From positions 1 through 47,304 of the forward strand of contig MHDE01000002.1 of NCBI GenBank assembly GCA_001803465.1: 47,304 bases of DNA, given 5' to 3'. Below the pieces are notes generated by a model that saw nothing but the letters and a program-made list of their open reading frames with translations, made no database searches and had not been told where the DNA came from. Positions within the stretch are counted from its first letter, which is position 1; each line of letters begins with the position of its first letter. A program made the translations under genes and the position numbers. This stretch comes from Microgenomates group bacterium RIFCSPHIGHO2_01_FULL_45_11. GTDB lineage: Bacteria; Patescibacteriota; Microgenomatia; UBA1400; 2-01-FULL-45-11. Below, in pieces: positions 27,365-36,225 of this stretch.

Positions 27365-28825
27365 ATGGCAGTAACGGCTCATCAATTTACTAAACCCGTC
27401 TCTTTTTTGTTACTGTGGTTACTCATTATCCTTGGTATCTTTCTCCGTGTTGACCGCGGCGACCGCTTTCCCGTTTACCAAAACGACGACGGCCTTTTCT
27501 ATACCTGGGCGGGCTTATCCATGTTAGAAAACTTCTCAAGCCCCACCAGCCTGTCTGTCTTTGAAACCAACAACCCTTTCTTAATCTGGCGCTCCCAATA
27601 TATGCCCTTTGAACCGGTCCAAGAATTCGGCTTTCGGATTGTCCGGCCTTGGTTTGACCTGCCGCCACTGGGCACGCTTCTCATCAGCCTGCCAGCCTAT
27701 GCTCTTGGCTACCGCGGTTTTAGCCAAATTCCCCACCTCATTGTCCGCTTGCCGGCTTTTGTCGCCAGCGTTTTTACTCTGCTTGGCACTTACCTTTTAG
27801 GCAAATCGTTATTCGGTAGGGCCAGCGCTCGTTGGGCTCTAATCTTCTTCGCTGTCTGGCCGCTGGCCGTCTTTTCCCACCGCCAAAGTTATTTGGAGAA
27901 CATCTTGACTCCCTTTATCCTCCTTGCCCTCTGGGCGTTCTATCGACTCTACGCACTACGCTCTACGCTCTACGCAACTAATGTTCGCCGCTGGCTGTGG
28001 CGACTGGTCCTATTATGTGTGATGATTGCCGGCTGGATTAAAATCCCCGGCTTTGGTTTATCCTTAGTCATCGCTTATTGGCTACTGGCTAAAAAAGACT
28101 GGTTTAGACTCAAACAACTTTTTACCGTTACTCTCATCTCCTTTGGCCTCTATCTCATCTATGGTCACTTAATCGGCGGTCCCGCTTTCTGGCAGACGCT
28201 AACCAATCAAGCGGGCAGGGGAGCGTATCTAACGAGTTGGTTTTACATGCTCACCACTCCTGACGTTTTTGGCCCCATTCGCGACGGCTGGTGGCTTCTA
28301 GGCTGGCTGGCTCTCCTCTGGGTCGGCTCCCGGCCAGGCAAAGCCAACCGTTTTTTGCTTATTAATACTATTTTGTGGATGGTTGTCATTTTCGTTACCT
28401 CCGGCCGGGAAAACACCTCTCCCTGGTACCGCTACCCTTTGTTTCCTTTTTTGATGATTGCCCTCGGTGAAGTCGTCAGAGAGTTCTGGCACTCCGTCAC
28501 TCAAACCCGAGCTGTTAGTCAAACGGGTTTTATCTGGGCCGTTCTCTTTTTCCTTTTCGGTCTGACCGGTTGGGAACTGGCCGGCTTTACAGTCGGAAGT
28601 AATGTTCTCCGCTTCGGTATAGTCATCGTCATCGCTGTCTTCTTCACGAGTTTAGTTTCTAACCATCGCGTCAACCGCCTCATCAGTCAATTAGTTGCAG
28701 CTAGCCTGATTGGTTTGATGCTTTTAGGGAATATCGCCGCTGTCCGCCGTTATCCATTCTTGCGTTGTCCTCCCGGCGAATGCCTGGAACCCACTAAACT
28801 TTCCATCCCCTTTTCAATCGAATAG
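27365..28825 (+). CDS. GT-C-like polytopic membrane glycosyltransferase (ArnT/PMT_2-like)
   Basis: At least 12 hydrophobic helices with an acidic first loop (YQNDDGLFYTWAG). Start moved to ATG 27365 because the track start lies inside REP hairpins. Contains the in-frame word repeat ctacgcactacgctctacgctctacgc (about 27948-27975). Confidence 0.75.
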   Translation: MAVTAHQFTKPVSFLLLWLLIILGIFLRVDRGDRFPVYQNDDGLFYTWAGLSMLENFSSPTSLSVFETNNPFLIWRSQYMPFEPVQEFGFRIVRPWFDLPPLGTLLISLPAYALGYRGFSQIPHLIVRLPAFVASVFTLLGTYLLGKSLFGRASARWALIFFAVWPLAVFSHRQSYLENILTPFILLALWAFYRLYALRSTLYATNVRRWLWRLVLLCVMIAGWIKIPGFGLSLVIAYWLLAKKDWFRLKQLFTVTLISFGLYLIYGHLIGGPAFWQTLTNQAGRGAYLTSWFYMLTTPDVFGPIRDGWWLLGWLALLWVGSRPGKANRFLLINTILWMVVIFVTSGRENTSPWYRYPLFPFLMIALGEVVREFWHSVTQTRAVSQTGFIWAVLFFLFGLTGWELAGFTVGSNVLRFGIVIVIAVFFTSLVSNHRVNRLISQLVAASLIGLMLLGNIAAVRRYPFLRCPPGECLEPTKLSIPFSIE

Positions 28826-28902
28826 ACACATTATCATGATTACCAAAGTTGCCAAAAGTGTGTAATTGGTGTATATAAAACCCGCCTGCCTTTAAAGGCA
28901 TC

Positions 28903-29226
28903 ATGGCACCATCACTAGCACAATCCTTCTACCTACCGAAAAATTCAGACGGAGAGTATCTTCCTTTTCCTTCTTCAATAATTCCGGACGGCACCCAGTG
29001 TATTCTTTCAAAAGAAGGGATAAGGCTGCTAAACGGAATGTTTAACACCGGTCTTTTGGAAGGAGAGATTCTCCAAAGGACATCAGGCTCCTGCCTATTT
29101 GATCGTTGTGGTCTGGGGTTAGCCGGATTAGCTACACCCGACGGCCTTATCCTCTGCATTCCTGTTGATAAAGATGTTTTTTCCGAAATCAGGCCTTCCA
29201 GCGTTACCGACCCCAGCCGCCGTTAA
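28903..29226 (+). CDS. Hypothetical protein
   Basis: 107-aa ORF, first of five same-strand orphan ORFs. Confidence 0.45.
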   Translation: MAPSLAQSFYLPKNSDGEYLPFPSSIIPDGTQCILSKEGIRLLNGMFNTGLLEGEILQRTSGSCLFDRCGLGLAGLATPDGLILCIPVDKDVFSEIRPSSVTDPSRR

Positions 29227-29230
29227 TAAA

Positions 29231-29581
29231 ATGACCAGCCTTATCGAACTCAACGCTCAAGACGGTGATATAGTCAGCCTCACACCCCAAGGGTTAATAG
29301 AGCTAGTCGCCTATTTGTGGGAGAACGTAGAATCAGATAGTACTGGAATCCTTATCGATTCTCTTTTACCCATCGTTCTGGTAGGCGCCTTCCAGCCTAG
29401 CGGTAACCGAGTCCGCCTCCATCTCTTTGAAAACGCCGGCACTAGCGCCAACCCCGACATCCGTTTGGTAATAGGAATTCACTGGTGGACATTAGCCGAT
29501 CCCAGTTTTTTCGCCGCCAAAATAGACGACCTTTTAGAAGCCGTGACGCCCGACCAGAACCGACCTCTCCACGGGGAGTAG
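29231..29581 (+). CDS. Hypothetical protein
   Basis: ATG 29231 lies 4 nt after the upstream stop. 116 aa. Confidence 0.5.
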   Translation: MTSLIELNAQDGDIVSLTPQGLIELVAYLWENVESDSTGILIDSLLPIVLVGAFQPSGNRVRLHLFENAGTSANPDIRLVIGIHWWTLADPSFFAAKIDDLLEAVTPDQNRPLHGE

Positions 29582-29760
29582 TCGGCAACGAATCTCAAAC
29601 CCCTTGATTTTTCTCCAAGTTTTGCTATAGTAGCTTCACCCTGAGCGAAGCCGAAGGGCGTGCTCATTTGAATATGACGTAACTTTCTGACCAAGTCTCG
29701 GGTCCGCCAGCTGGCGGATCATATCTACCCCGACCTGGTCGGGGTTATTTGTAGGCCAAA

Positions 29761-29997
29761 ATGGCAGGAGAAAATCAGAGTAATCCTCTAATTGATCTGG
29801 GAAAACCGGTTGAGATTACGTCACTAGAGTTAGCAAATCTTAGAGAAACATTTGAATTTTTAACAAATCAATTGCTGAGAGGGCAGATAACCTTACAAAC
29901 TTATCAGTCAATTGTTGAGAGCCTTGAACAAAGACTAGCTAGAAAAGAAAATGAGCGGTATTTGTACGAATCGGGAAGCCCACCGATTATAATTTAG
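29761..29997 (+). CDS. Hypothetical coiled-coil protein
   Basis: 78-aa ORF with a heptad-like LxxL pattern. Confidence 0.4.
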   Translation: MAGENQSNPLIDLGKPVEITSLELANLRETFEFLTNQLLRGQITLQTYQSIVESLEQRLARKENERYLYESGSPPIII

Positions 29998-30036
29998 CTC
30001 ATTATCAAATAATTCTCTGCCCAAAAAGGAACAACC

Positions 30037-30330
30037 ATGACCACCATGGCAGAAATAGAAACAATCTTAGCCCAACAAGGAAAACAATTGCGAGTGGGTG
30101 ATCGATTGAATCTAGATAAAAAAGGTCAACGAGCCGTGGCAGGAGAGCTAAGTGATCTGCAAGAGGGATGGACTGCTGTAGCTGTTTGCATCGCTCAATT
30201 TAGAGCTTACGGCATTCCGGGAGCTTTGATTGAGCCCATACTTAGACATTCATCTGGTGAAGAAATATTGGGAGGAGGTAGGCGGCTTATCGGTAACGCT
30301 GATGATTATTTCCAGCCGCCAACCGAATAA
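30037..30330 (+). CDS. Hypothetical protein
   Basis: 97-aa ORF with AAAGGAACAACC upstream of its ATG. Confidence 0.4.
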   Translation: MTTMAEIETILAQQGKQLRVGDRLNLDKKGQRAVAGELSDLQEGWTAVAVCIAQFRAYGIPGALIEPILRHSSGEEILGGGRRLIGNADDYFQPPTE

Positions 30331-30374
30331 CGAATTAACAATCTAATAAAAAACTTTTGCCCATAAGAAACCTA

Positions 30375-30587
30375 ATGACAGCAGAAACATTAGCAGGCTA
30401 CATACTATGGTTAGAAGAGTTTGGATGTGGATTAGCACCGGACAAAATCAGTATTGGTCGTTTGACAAGAAGTGCTCGTTTTGATCCCATATTAACGGAG
30501 GAAGAGTTAGCTGCATTTTTTAGAAAGCGAGATGAAATATTGCCAATCAAGAGCTCATTAGATCAATCGGAATTGCCAACCGAATAA
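30375..30587 (+). CDS. Hypothetical protein
   Basis: 70 aa counted from ATG 30375 (the track uses TTG 30357). Its 3' end ccaaccgaataa is shared with the preceding ORF. Confidence 0.35.
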   Translation: MTAETLAGYILWLEEFGCGLAPDKISIGRLTRSARFDPILTEEELAAFFRKRDEILPIKSSLDQSELPTE

Positions 30588-30947
30588 CAATCAGAAAATT
30601 AACAATATAATTTCTACAAGCTATTAGCTATAGACTATAGACTATCACTTATAACCTACCGACTATTGACTATCAACTATTAACTAACTTGGCACCTTAA
30701 CCCATACTGCGCATTAGCGAGTTCGCGCAAACTGCTTATTCAGCCGTTTCGCGACTCTAATGTTTCGTAGGGTTGCGGTGCTCCCCCCCTCGACGGGGGG
30801 ACTCGCACCTTAAAAATTCAATAATCAAAAAGTTTTCAGTTTTCTGTTCTCAGTTTTCAGTTTCTACTGATTACTGTTAACTGATGACTGATTACTATTT
30901 GGTAGTCCCAGTACTAATCGCCACAGTACCATTCGGTACGTGGCAGA

Positions 30948-31006
30948 GCTCGACTTGCTCAAAACTGCTGTTTAGCCGTTTTCGCATTCGGGTTCCAGTA
31001 CGGGAC
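30948..31006 (-). repeat. Inverted copy of the rRNA leader module (U element)
   Basis: The reverse complement reads gtcccgtactggaacccgaatgcgaaaacggctaaacagcagttttgagcaagtcgagc, which is colinear with 31129-31190. Confidence 0.7.
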
Positions 31007-31128
31007 TAGCCAGGTCGAGACGGACTCGACTTGGCAGTTTCAGATGTGGTAGGAAGCGCGGAAAACCAGCTTCTTATTACATCGTAATTAAGAAGTGTTT
31101 TCCGTCAATTTATAGAAGGAAGTTTTTT

Positions 31129-31202
31129 GTCCCGCTCTTGAGCCTGAATGCCGAAACGGCTGAATAAGCCGTCTACGGCAAGTCAAGCGAACAGGGCGGG
31201 GC
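31129..31202 (+). promoter_or_regulatory. U element, 16S copy: ~70-nt structured leader module with CGGCUGAAUAAGCCG hairpin, 25 nt upstream of 16S
   Basis: gtcccgctcttgagcctgaatgccgaaacggctgaataagccgtctacggcaagtcaagcgaacagggcggggc aligns over its full length with 40581-40653. The 18-mer at 31153-31170 is the exact reverse complement of 30734-30751. Confidence 0.75.
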
Positions 31203-31231
31203 TACAAAAATTTTCCTTCGGAAATTTTTTT

Positions 31232-31267
<36 letters not shown>

Positions 31268-31294
31268 TGTGCTTAAGGTATGCAAATCGAGCGG

Positions 31295-31608
31295 CCCACT
31301 CTTTTTGGTTATTATCTGATACCATGACTGCATGTATTACGTTTATGTTTTAAAAAGCCAAAAATATAAGCAGTTGAAAATATATATCGGAATTACAGCC
31401 GATTTAAAAAGTCGAGTTGCCCAACACAACAACAAAGAAACCATATCAACTCGATTTGGAATTCCTTGGAAGTTAGTCTATTATGAAGCATTCCTACACA
31501 AAAATGATGCTATTAGAAGAGAAAAAAGGCTAAAAGTTGGAACCAGTGCAATTGGCTTTTTAAAACGAAGAATTAAACAGTCATTGGATAGTAATTGAAA
31601 AGAGTGGG
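31295..31608 (+). mobile_element. E1: stem-bounded GIY-YIG cassette in the 16S helix-6 region (314 nt)
   Basis: cccactctttt (31295-31305) and aaaagagtggg (31598-31608) are exact reverse complements flanking the ORF. The flanks gcaaatcgagcgg / cagcggtgaacgggtgagtaatg match the conserved sequence on either side of E. coli helix 6. Confidence 0.85.
31332..31598 (+). CDS. Small GIY-YIG nuclease-family protein (COG2827/UPF0213-like), 88 aa
   Basis: MYYVYVLKS..KIYIGITADLKSRVAQHN...WKLVYYEAF...AIRREKRLK carries the GIY, YIG, Arg and Glu motifs. Confidence 0.8.
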   Translation: MYYVYVLKSQKYKQLKIYIGITADLKSRVAQHNNKETISTRFGIPWKLVYYEAFLHKNDAIRREKRLKVGTSAIGFLKRRIKQSLDSN

Positions 31609-32335
31609 CAGCGGTGAACGGGTGAGTAATGCGTAGGAATCTACCTCTTGGTGGGGAATAGCTCGCCGAAAGGCGGGGTAATACCGCGTAAGTAACGCCA
31701 CATGGCAACATGTGGCGTTAGATAGGCCGTAACTGGCCGCCGAGAGATGAGCCTGCGTGCTATCAGCTTGTTGGTAGGGTAATGGCCTACCAAGGCGATG
31801 ACGGCTAGGGGGCGTGAGAGCGCGATCCCCCACAAGGTCACTGAGACACGGGGCCTACACCTACGGGTGGCAGCAATCGGGAATCTTGCGCAATGGGCGA
31901 AAGCCTGACGCAGCGACACCGCGTGTGGGAAGACGCCTTTCGGGGTGTAAACCACTGTGGCAGGGGACGATAATGACGGTACCCTGCTAGAAAGCACTTG
32001 CTAACTACGTGCCAGAAGCCTCGGTGAAACGTAGGGTGCAAGCGTTATCCGGATTTACTGGGCGTAAAGGGTTTCGTAGGCGGAGAAACTAGTGGCGGGT
32101 GAAAGCCCACGGCTCAACCGTGGAATTGCTCGTCATACGGTTTTTCTAGAGTCTGTTAGGGGAGGCTAGAATTCTCGGTGGAGGGGTGAAATCCGTTGAT
32201 ATCGAGAGGAATGCCAAGGGCGAAAGCAGGCCTCTGGGGCAAGACTGACGCTAAGGAACGAAAGCTAGGGTAGCAAACCGGATTAGAGACCCGGGTAGTC
32301 CTAGCCGTAAACGATGGATACTAGATGTCCCTTCC

Positions 32336-32491
32336 GCTGAAAGCTGAAGAGAAATGTCTAATTGACCTAATTGCTCTAATTAACGTAATTAAATTCCCAA
32401 TTTTCAAATAACCTAATGAAGCTTGAGATTGGTGTTTGATTAGAAATTAGAATAATTAGAAATTGGTCATTTCCAAAAGCTTCTGCTTTTG
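32336..32491 (+). repeat. ORF-less AT-rich hairpin insertion in the 16S helix-26 region (about 156 nt)
   Basis: Interrupts gatactagatgtcccttcc / ggagggggtgtcgtaagctaacgcgttaag. The arms are built of ctaatt / aattag words. It shares the 15-mer ctaattgctctaatt (32367-32381) with the 23S insertion at 40835-40849. Confidence 0.8.
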
Positions 32492-32537
32492 GTGGAGGGG
32501 GTGTCGTAAGCTAACGCGTTAAGTATCCCGCCTGGGT

Positions 32538-32577
<40 letters not shown>

Positions 32578-32696
32578 AGGCGCACAACCGGTGGAGCATG
32601 TGGTTTAATTCGATACAAAGCGATGGACCTTACCTGGGCTTGACATGTACCTGCACTCCCGTAGAAATACGGGATTCTTCGAGAGTGGTACACAGC

Positions 32697-32733
<37 letters not shown>

Positions 32734-33072
32734 CGGCTTAAGTGCCGTAACGAGCGCAACCCCTGTCCCGTGTTGAATATTCACGGGAGACTGCCTTACA
32801 GCAAGTAGGGAGGAAGGAGGGGATGACGTCAAGTCATCATGGCGCTTACGTCCAGGGCCACACACATCCTACAATGGGAAGGACAACGGGTTGCGACCCG
32901 GCAACGGTGAGCTAATCCTTCAAACCTTCCCTCAGTTCGGATTGGGGGCTGCAACTCGCCCCCATGAAGTCGGAATCGGTAGTAATCGCGGATCAGCAGA
33001 CCGCGGTGAATACGTTCTCGCCTCTTGTACACACTGCCCGTCAAGCCAGCAAAGTTGGCAGCGCCCGAAGTA

Positions 33073-33143
33073 CCCCTCACCTTTACCCGGAACAGAACAC
33101 GGCTGAATAAGCAGACGTTAAGTATCAGAGTAAAGGTGAGGGG
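33073..33143 (+). repeat. ORF-less insertion at the tip of 16S helix 44
   Basis: The stem cccctcaccttta (33073-33085) / taaaggtgagggg (33131-33143) encloses cggctgaataagcag (33100-33114). The stem resembles the E2 stem cccctcactcttt. Confidence 0.7.
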
Positions 33144-33431
33144 GTCTAAGGCGAGGTCAGCGATGAGGACTAAGTCGTAACAAGGTATCCGTACTGGAAG
33201 GTGCGGATGGATCACCTCCTTTCTAAGGAGTTTGGGTTACCCCCTCACGCGGGTAGCCTTTCCCGATGTAAATCGGGATAAAACCAAAGAGCTTCCTACT
33301 ACATCTGAAACTATATTAGCCATCAGCCATCGGGCAACAGTAAGTAATTTGACCAATCATTATTTACTGCTCATTATTCATTACTTTCTGCTCTCTTTTT
33401 TCTACTTCTTACTCATTAATTATTATCCTTT

Positions 33432-33668
33432 ATGGCCATCAATTCTCCTGAACAGAACACACCAATTGAACAGAGTCTGGGTTACTATTTAGGACCTTCT
33501 AATCTGGCCAAGACCGTTGAAGGCCTTAGCCTCCTGGCTGGTTTAACCTTAGAAAATCCCGCCGTCATCGCCGTCGCCGGCCTCCTTCTAGTTGTTAACG
33601 TCGCCACCGACGTCGTCATTATTGGCGTCAAAATCCTTCCCCATCTTTCTTCTCCGCCGGAAGATTAA
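33432..33668 (+). CDS. Hypothetical small membrane protein
   Basis: 78 aa with a C-terminal hydrophobic stretch AVIAVAGLLLVVNVATDVVIIGV. Confidence 0.4.
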   Translation: MAINSPEQNTPIEQSLGYYLGPSNLAKTVEGLSLLAGLTLENPAVIAVAGLLLVVNVATDVVIIGVKILPHLSSPPED

Positions 33669-33754
33669 TTTCTCAAAAATTCCTAGAGTTAACTTCTTCT
33701 CCATCAACTAGACTGTTTCTCTCCAGGAAATAGGACGTATAATACGGCCAAGAA

Positions 33755-33988
33755 ATGAATTATCTTACCCCCGAACAATCGCTGATTATTCGCATCGATA
33801 ACGCCAGGGTTATCCAGGGTTGGCTTAACGCCGGCTTCTCTTGGCCAACGGAAACCCCTCCCGACCTCATCGCCGCCGTTACCGCCTTACTGGCCGGCAA
33901 AGACCCCACTCAAATTATTCACCATCACGACCTTCAAGCATCAATTCTTGATAATACTTTAAGAAGCTCTCCCAGAAACGGCAAATAG
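33755..33988 (+). CDS. Hypothetical protein
   Basis: 77-aa ORF with no recognisable domain. Confidence 0.4.
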   Translation: MNYLTPEQSLIIRIDNARVIQGWLNAGFSWPTETPPDLIAAVTALLAGKDPTQIIHHHDLQASILDNTLRSSPRNGK

Positions 33989-34246
33989 CCAAAAAAAACC
34001 GGCTTTGGAGAGGGCGTAATGCCAAAGTGACACAATGTGTCACACTCTCCGCAGCCGATTCATCCGACTCATAAAAACCATTTAGACGAACACCAGAGGT
34101 GCTCGCCATCAATAGCTCTTACGAGCCGGGTTAAACACTGTGATTTTGGGAAGAGGCTTTTCCCCTTTAAGCCTCTTCCCTTAGGATAATTGCTGATGCC
34201 CCTGGCTAGGCATCCTCCGAGCCTCTACTCCAGGGGCACAAAAACG

Positions 34247-35347
34247 CTATCCGTCTTTGTCGACCATCTTGGCCAGCAAGGTTCCGGTATCAACCGGAGA
34301 CCATGGACGACTGGACCACCAGTCCAAACTCAAGTACAAGGCCTTTTCGAGGCCTCCGTACTCGCCAAAGGTAACTTTCTGGAGCGTACCATCTATTGAC
34401 TGGCTCCAGAGGAAATTGCCTTCGGCAATCCAGAGCGCGTCAGTCTTATTGCGCTCCGGATTGAGCCAGAGACCTGTCGCCAGGGAATTGAGGGGAGCCA
34501 AGCCGAGGAAATTCCACCGCGAAAACCCCTCGAAGGCGACAAAGGCTTCGTTACCTCGAGGATTAAAACTTACCAGGCGGCCGCTTTGCGTAGTTGGGTA
34601 CGAGCTAGTTCCCTTGATGTTCGTAAAGGCAATGCCATCTGGGTCTTCTACCGCAACCCATAGGCCATCGGGGCTTACAACCGGATTTTCTCCTTGGGTC
34701 AGAAACTGGTTAAAAGACCCAGTTCGGTCAGTCTTAAAAGTGCTCCCGAACGGATCTTCATACAAAATCACCCAATCAGAATTCCAATCGTTTGCCACAG
34801 CATCGAACAACGGTGTTCGCCACACCCCATCTACGCTGGCGACCCAGAGTAACCCATTGAAAATGTACGAGAAGAAACAGCCGTCAGGGCTGATAGCCGG
34901 GTCTTCTCCTTCCAGGATAAATTTCTCCTGGGCTAGAGTTCCTGCCTCGATCATTTGGCGGTGGATCTCGCGGGCCCCATCGATCTCAAGCGCGGCGAGA
35001 AGCTCGCCGTTCTTGAGGCAGTCGATCAACTGCCTCGGGGGAGCCGGGGGTTGCCGACGGCGGCCTCCACGACTAGAGGTAGTTTCACCATCTCCACCAG
35101 GCCCAGGCTGGGGTTGAGGCTCCGGCTGGGGGACAGGCTGGGGAGTGGGCGCAGGGCATTGGTCCGCCTCCCACTCATGGTTGTTTACCGGCGGGCCTTT
35201 CGGCTCCCAGTACTTGTCGTGGCATTTGCCGGCACTGTCCCAGTGCCGGTACCAGCCGGGGGGTCGGTGGTCACCAGCGAGGGCCGGTGTGACCAAGACC
35301 AAGACGAAAATAGTTGCCAGCAAAACGCTGGTCAGTTTCTTAAACAT
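34247..35347 (-). CDS. Secreted protein: signal peptide, Pro/Gln-rich linker, TolB/PD40-like beta-propeller repeats
   Basis: MFKKLTSVLLATIFVLVLVTPALAG signal peptide, PQPVPQPEPQPQPGPGG linker, and repeated SPDG motifs (ISPDGCFF, VSPDGLWVAV). The segment is visibly more G+C-rich than its surroundings and is antisense to the rRNA genes. Confidence 0.8.
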   Translation of the reverse strand: MFKKLTSVLLATIFVLVLVTPALAGDHRPPGWYRHWDSAGKCHDKYWEPKGPPVNNHEWEADQCPAPTPQPVPQPEPQPQPGPGGDGETTSSRGGRRRQPPAPPRQLIDCLKNGELLAALEIDGAREIHRQMIEAGTLAQEKFILEGEDPAISPDGCFFSYIFNGLLWVASVDGVWRTPLFDAVANDWNSDWVILYEDPFGSTFKTDRTGSFNQFLTQGENPVVSPDGLWVAVEDPDGIAFTNIKGTSSYPTTQSGRLVSFNPRGNEAFVAFEGFSRWNFLGLAPLNSLATGLWLNPERNKTDALWIAEGNFLWSQSIDGTLQKVTFGEYGGLEKALYLSLDWWSSRPWSPVDTGTLLAKMVDKDG

Positions 35348-36225
35348 GGTGTTCTCCTTTTAAAAAATCGAGTTTGGCTTTTGCCGGGGCGCCCATCAAA
35401 CGGCAAAAACTCTGGATTCGCTTTCTTGCTGCTGCGTTTCTATCTTCGGCAGCGCAAGCAGGCCACGATTATGCCTGGATTTTCCAGAGCCGTTAGGCTC
35501 CAGGTCGCCTTAGGCGACAAGGGTTTTCTCCCTCTGGTGAAAAATCTCCTTTTCTTTGTGAAAATGGCCCTCTACGAAGGGCAGACCAAAGACAAATCTG
35601 CGACTAGTGAATAATTTATCTTCACTCTGCCCCTCGCCAAGGGAATCAAAAAGAAAGGTTCGGCCCCCTTCGGAGGGGCACAGCGCCTTAAAGAGAAACC
35701 ATGTCAAGTTTGGCAAACCCCGTCAGACGGGGTAAACCATGTCAATCACAGTGTTTGTTAAGGTGCGAGTCCCGCCATAAGCGGAGCCCACCTTGTGTAA
35801 AGGCACCAAACCAGGCAGAGAAATAAAAGCGAAATTTTATAGCCTACCCGAAGGTGCCAGGGTAGATATAGCCTATAGCTAAAATAGCTATAGGACAGAA
35901 GATTATACCGTAAAATCTTTTAAAAGCAACCGATAGTATAAGTTTGAATGTTTCCTAAGCGTCCGGGACTTAATCATGCTGAACTTGCTTGCCCTGTTTA
36001 CACAAAGCGAAGCCAAGTTTGACTTGGCTAAGTCGAAGTGAGTGTATCGAAGGATTTCAGCATCTTGATTGAAAGGCGAGATCCTGAATTAAATTCAGGA
36101 TGACCTTGTTGTGGGACTGAAAGCGGTATCCAAACCACTCCCGAAGTTAAATTTTTCAGACTAATCACCTTTATCGAAATCTGCAAATTGACAAAGCCTA
36201 TTTATTTTGAGACTCTTGAAGAGAA

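Noticed and set aside
31295-31608. Considered whether the GIY-YIG cassettes are group I or group II introns
   Set aside because: Only about 20-45 nt of each cassette lies outside the ORF. None of the group I core strings seen in the genuine intron at 44376-44971 are present, and there is no group II domain V-like hairpin or reverse transcriptase.
34257-35614. Long plus-strand ORFs 34257-35117 (286 aa), 34955-35614 (219 aa) and 35145-35363
   Set aside because: They are antisense mirrors of the G+C-rich secreted propeller gene, with Arg/Ser/Pro-rich junk composition. The minus-strand frame has a signal peptide and PD40-like repeats.
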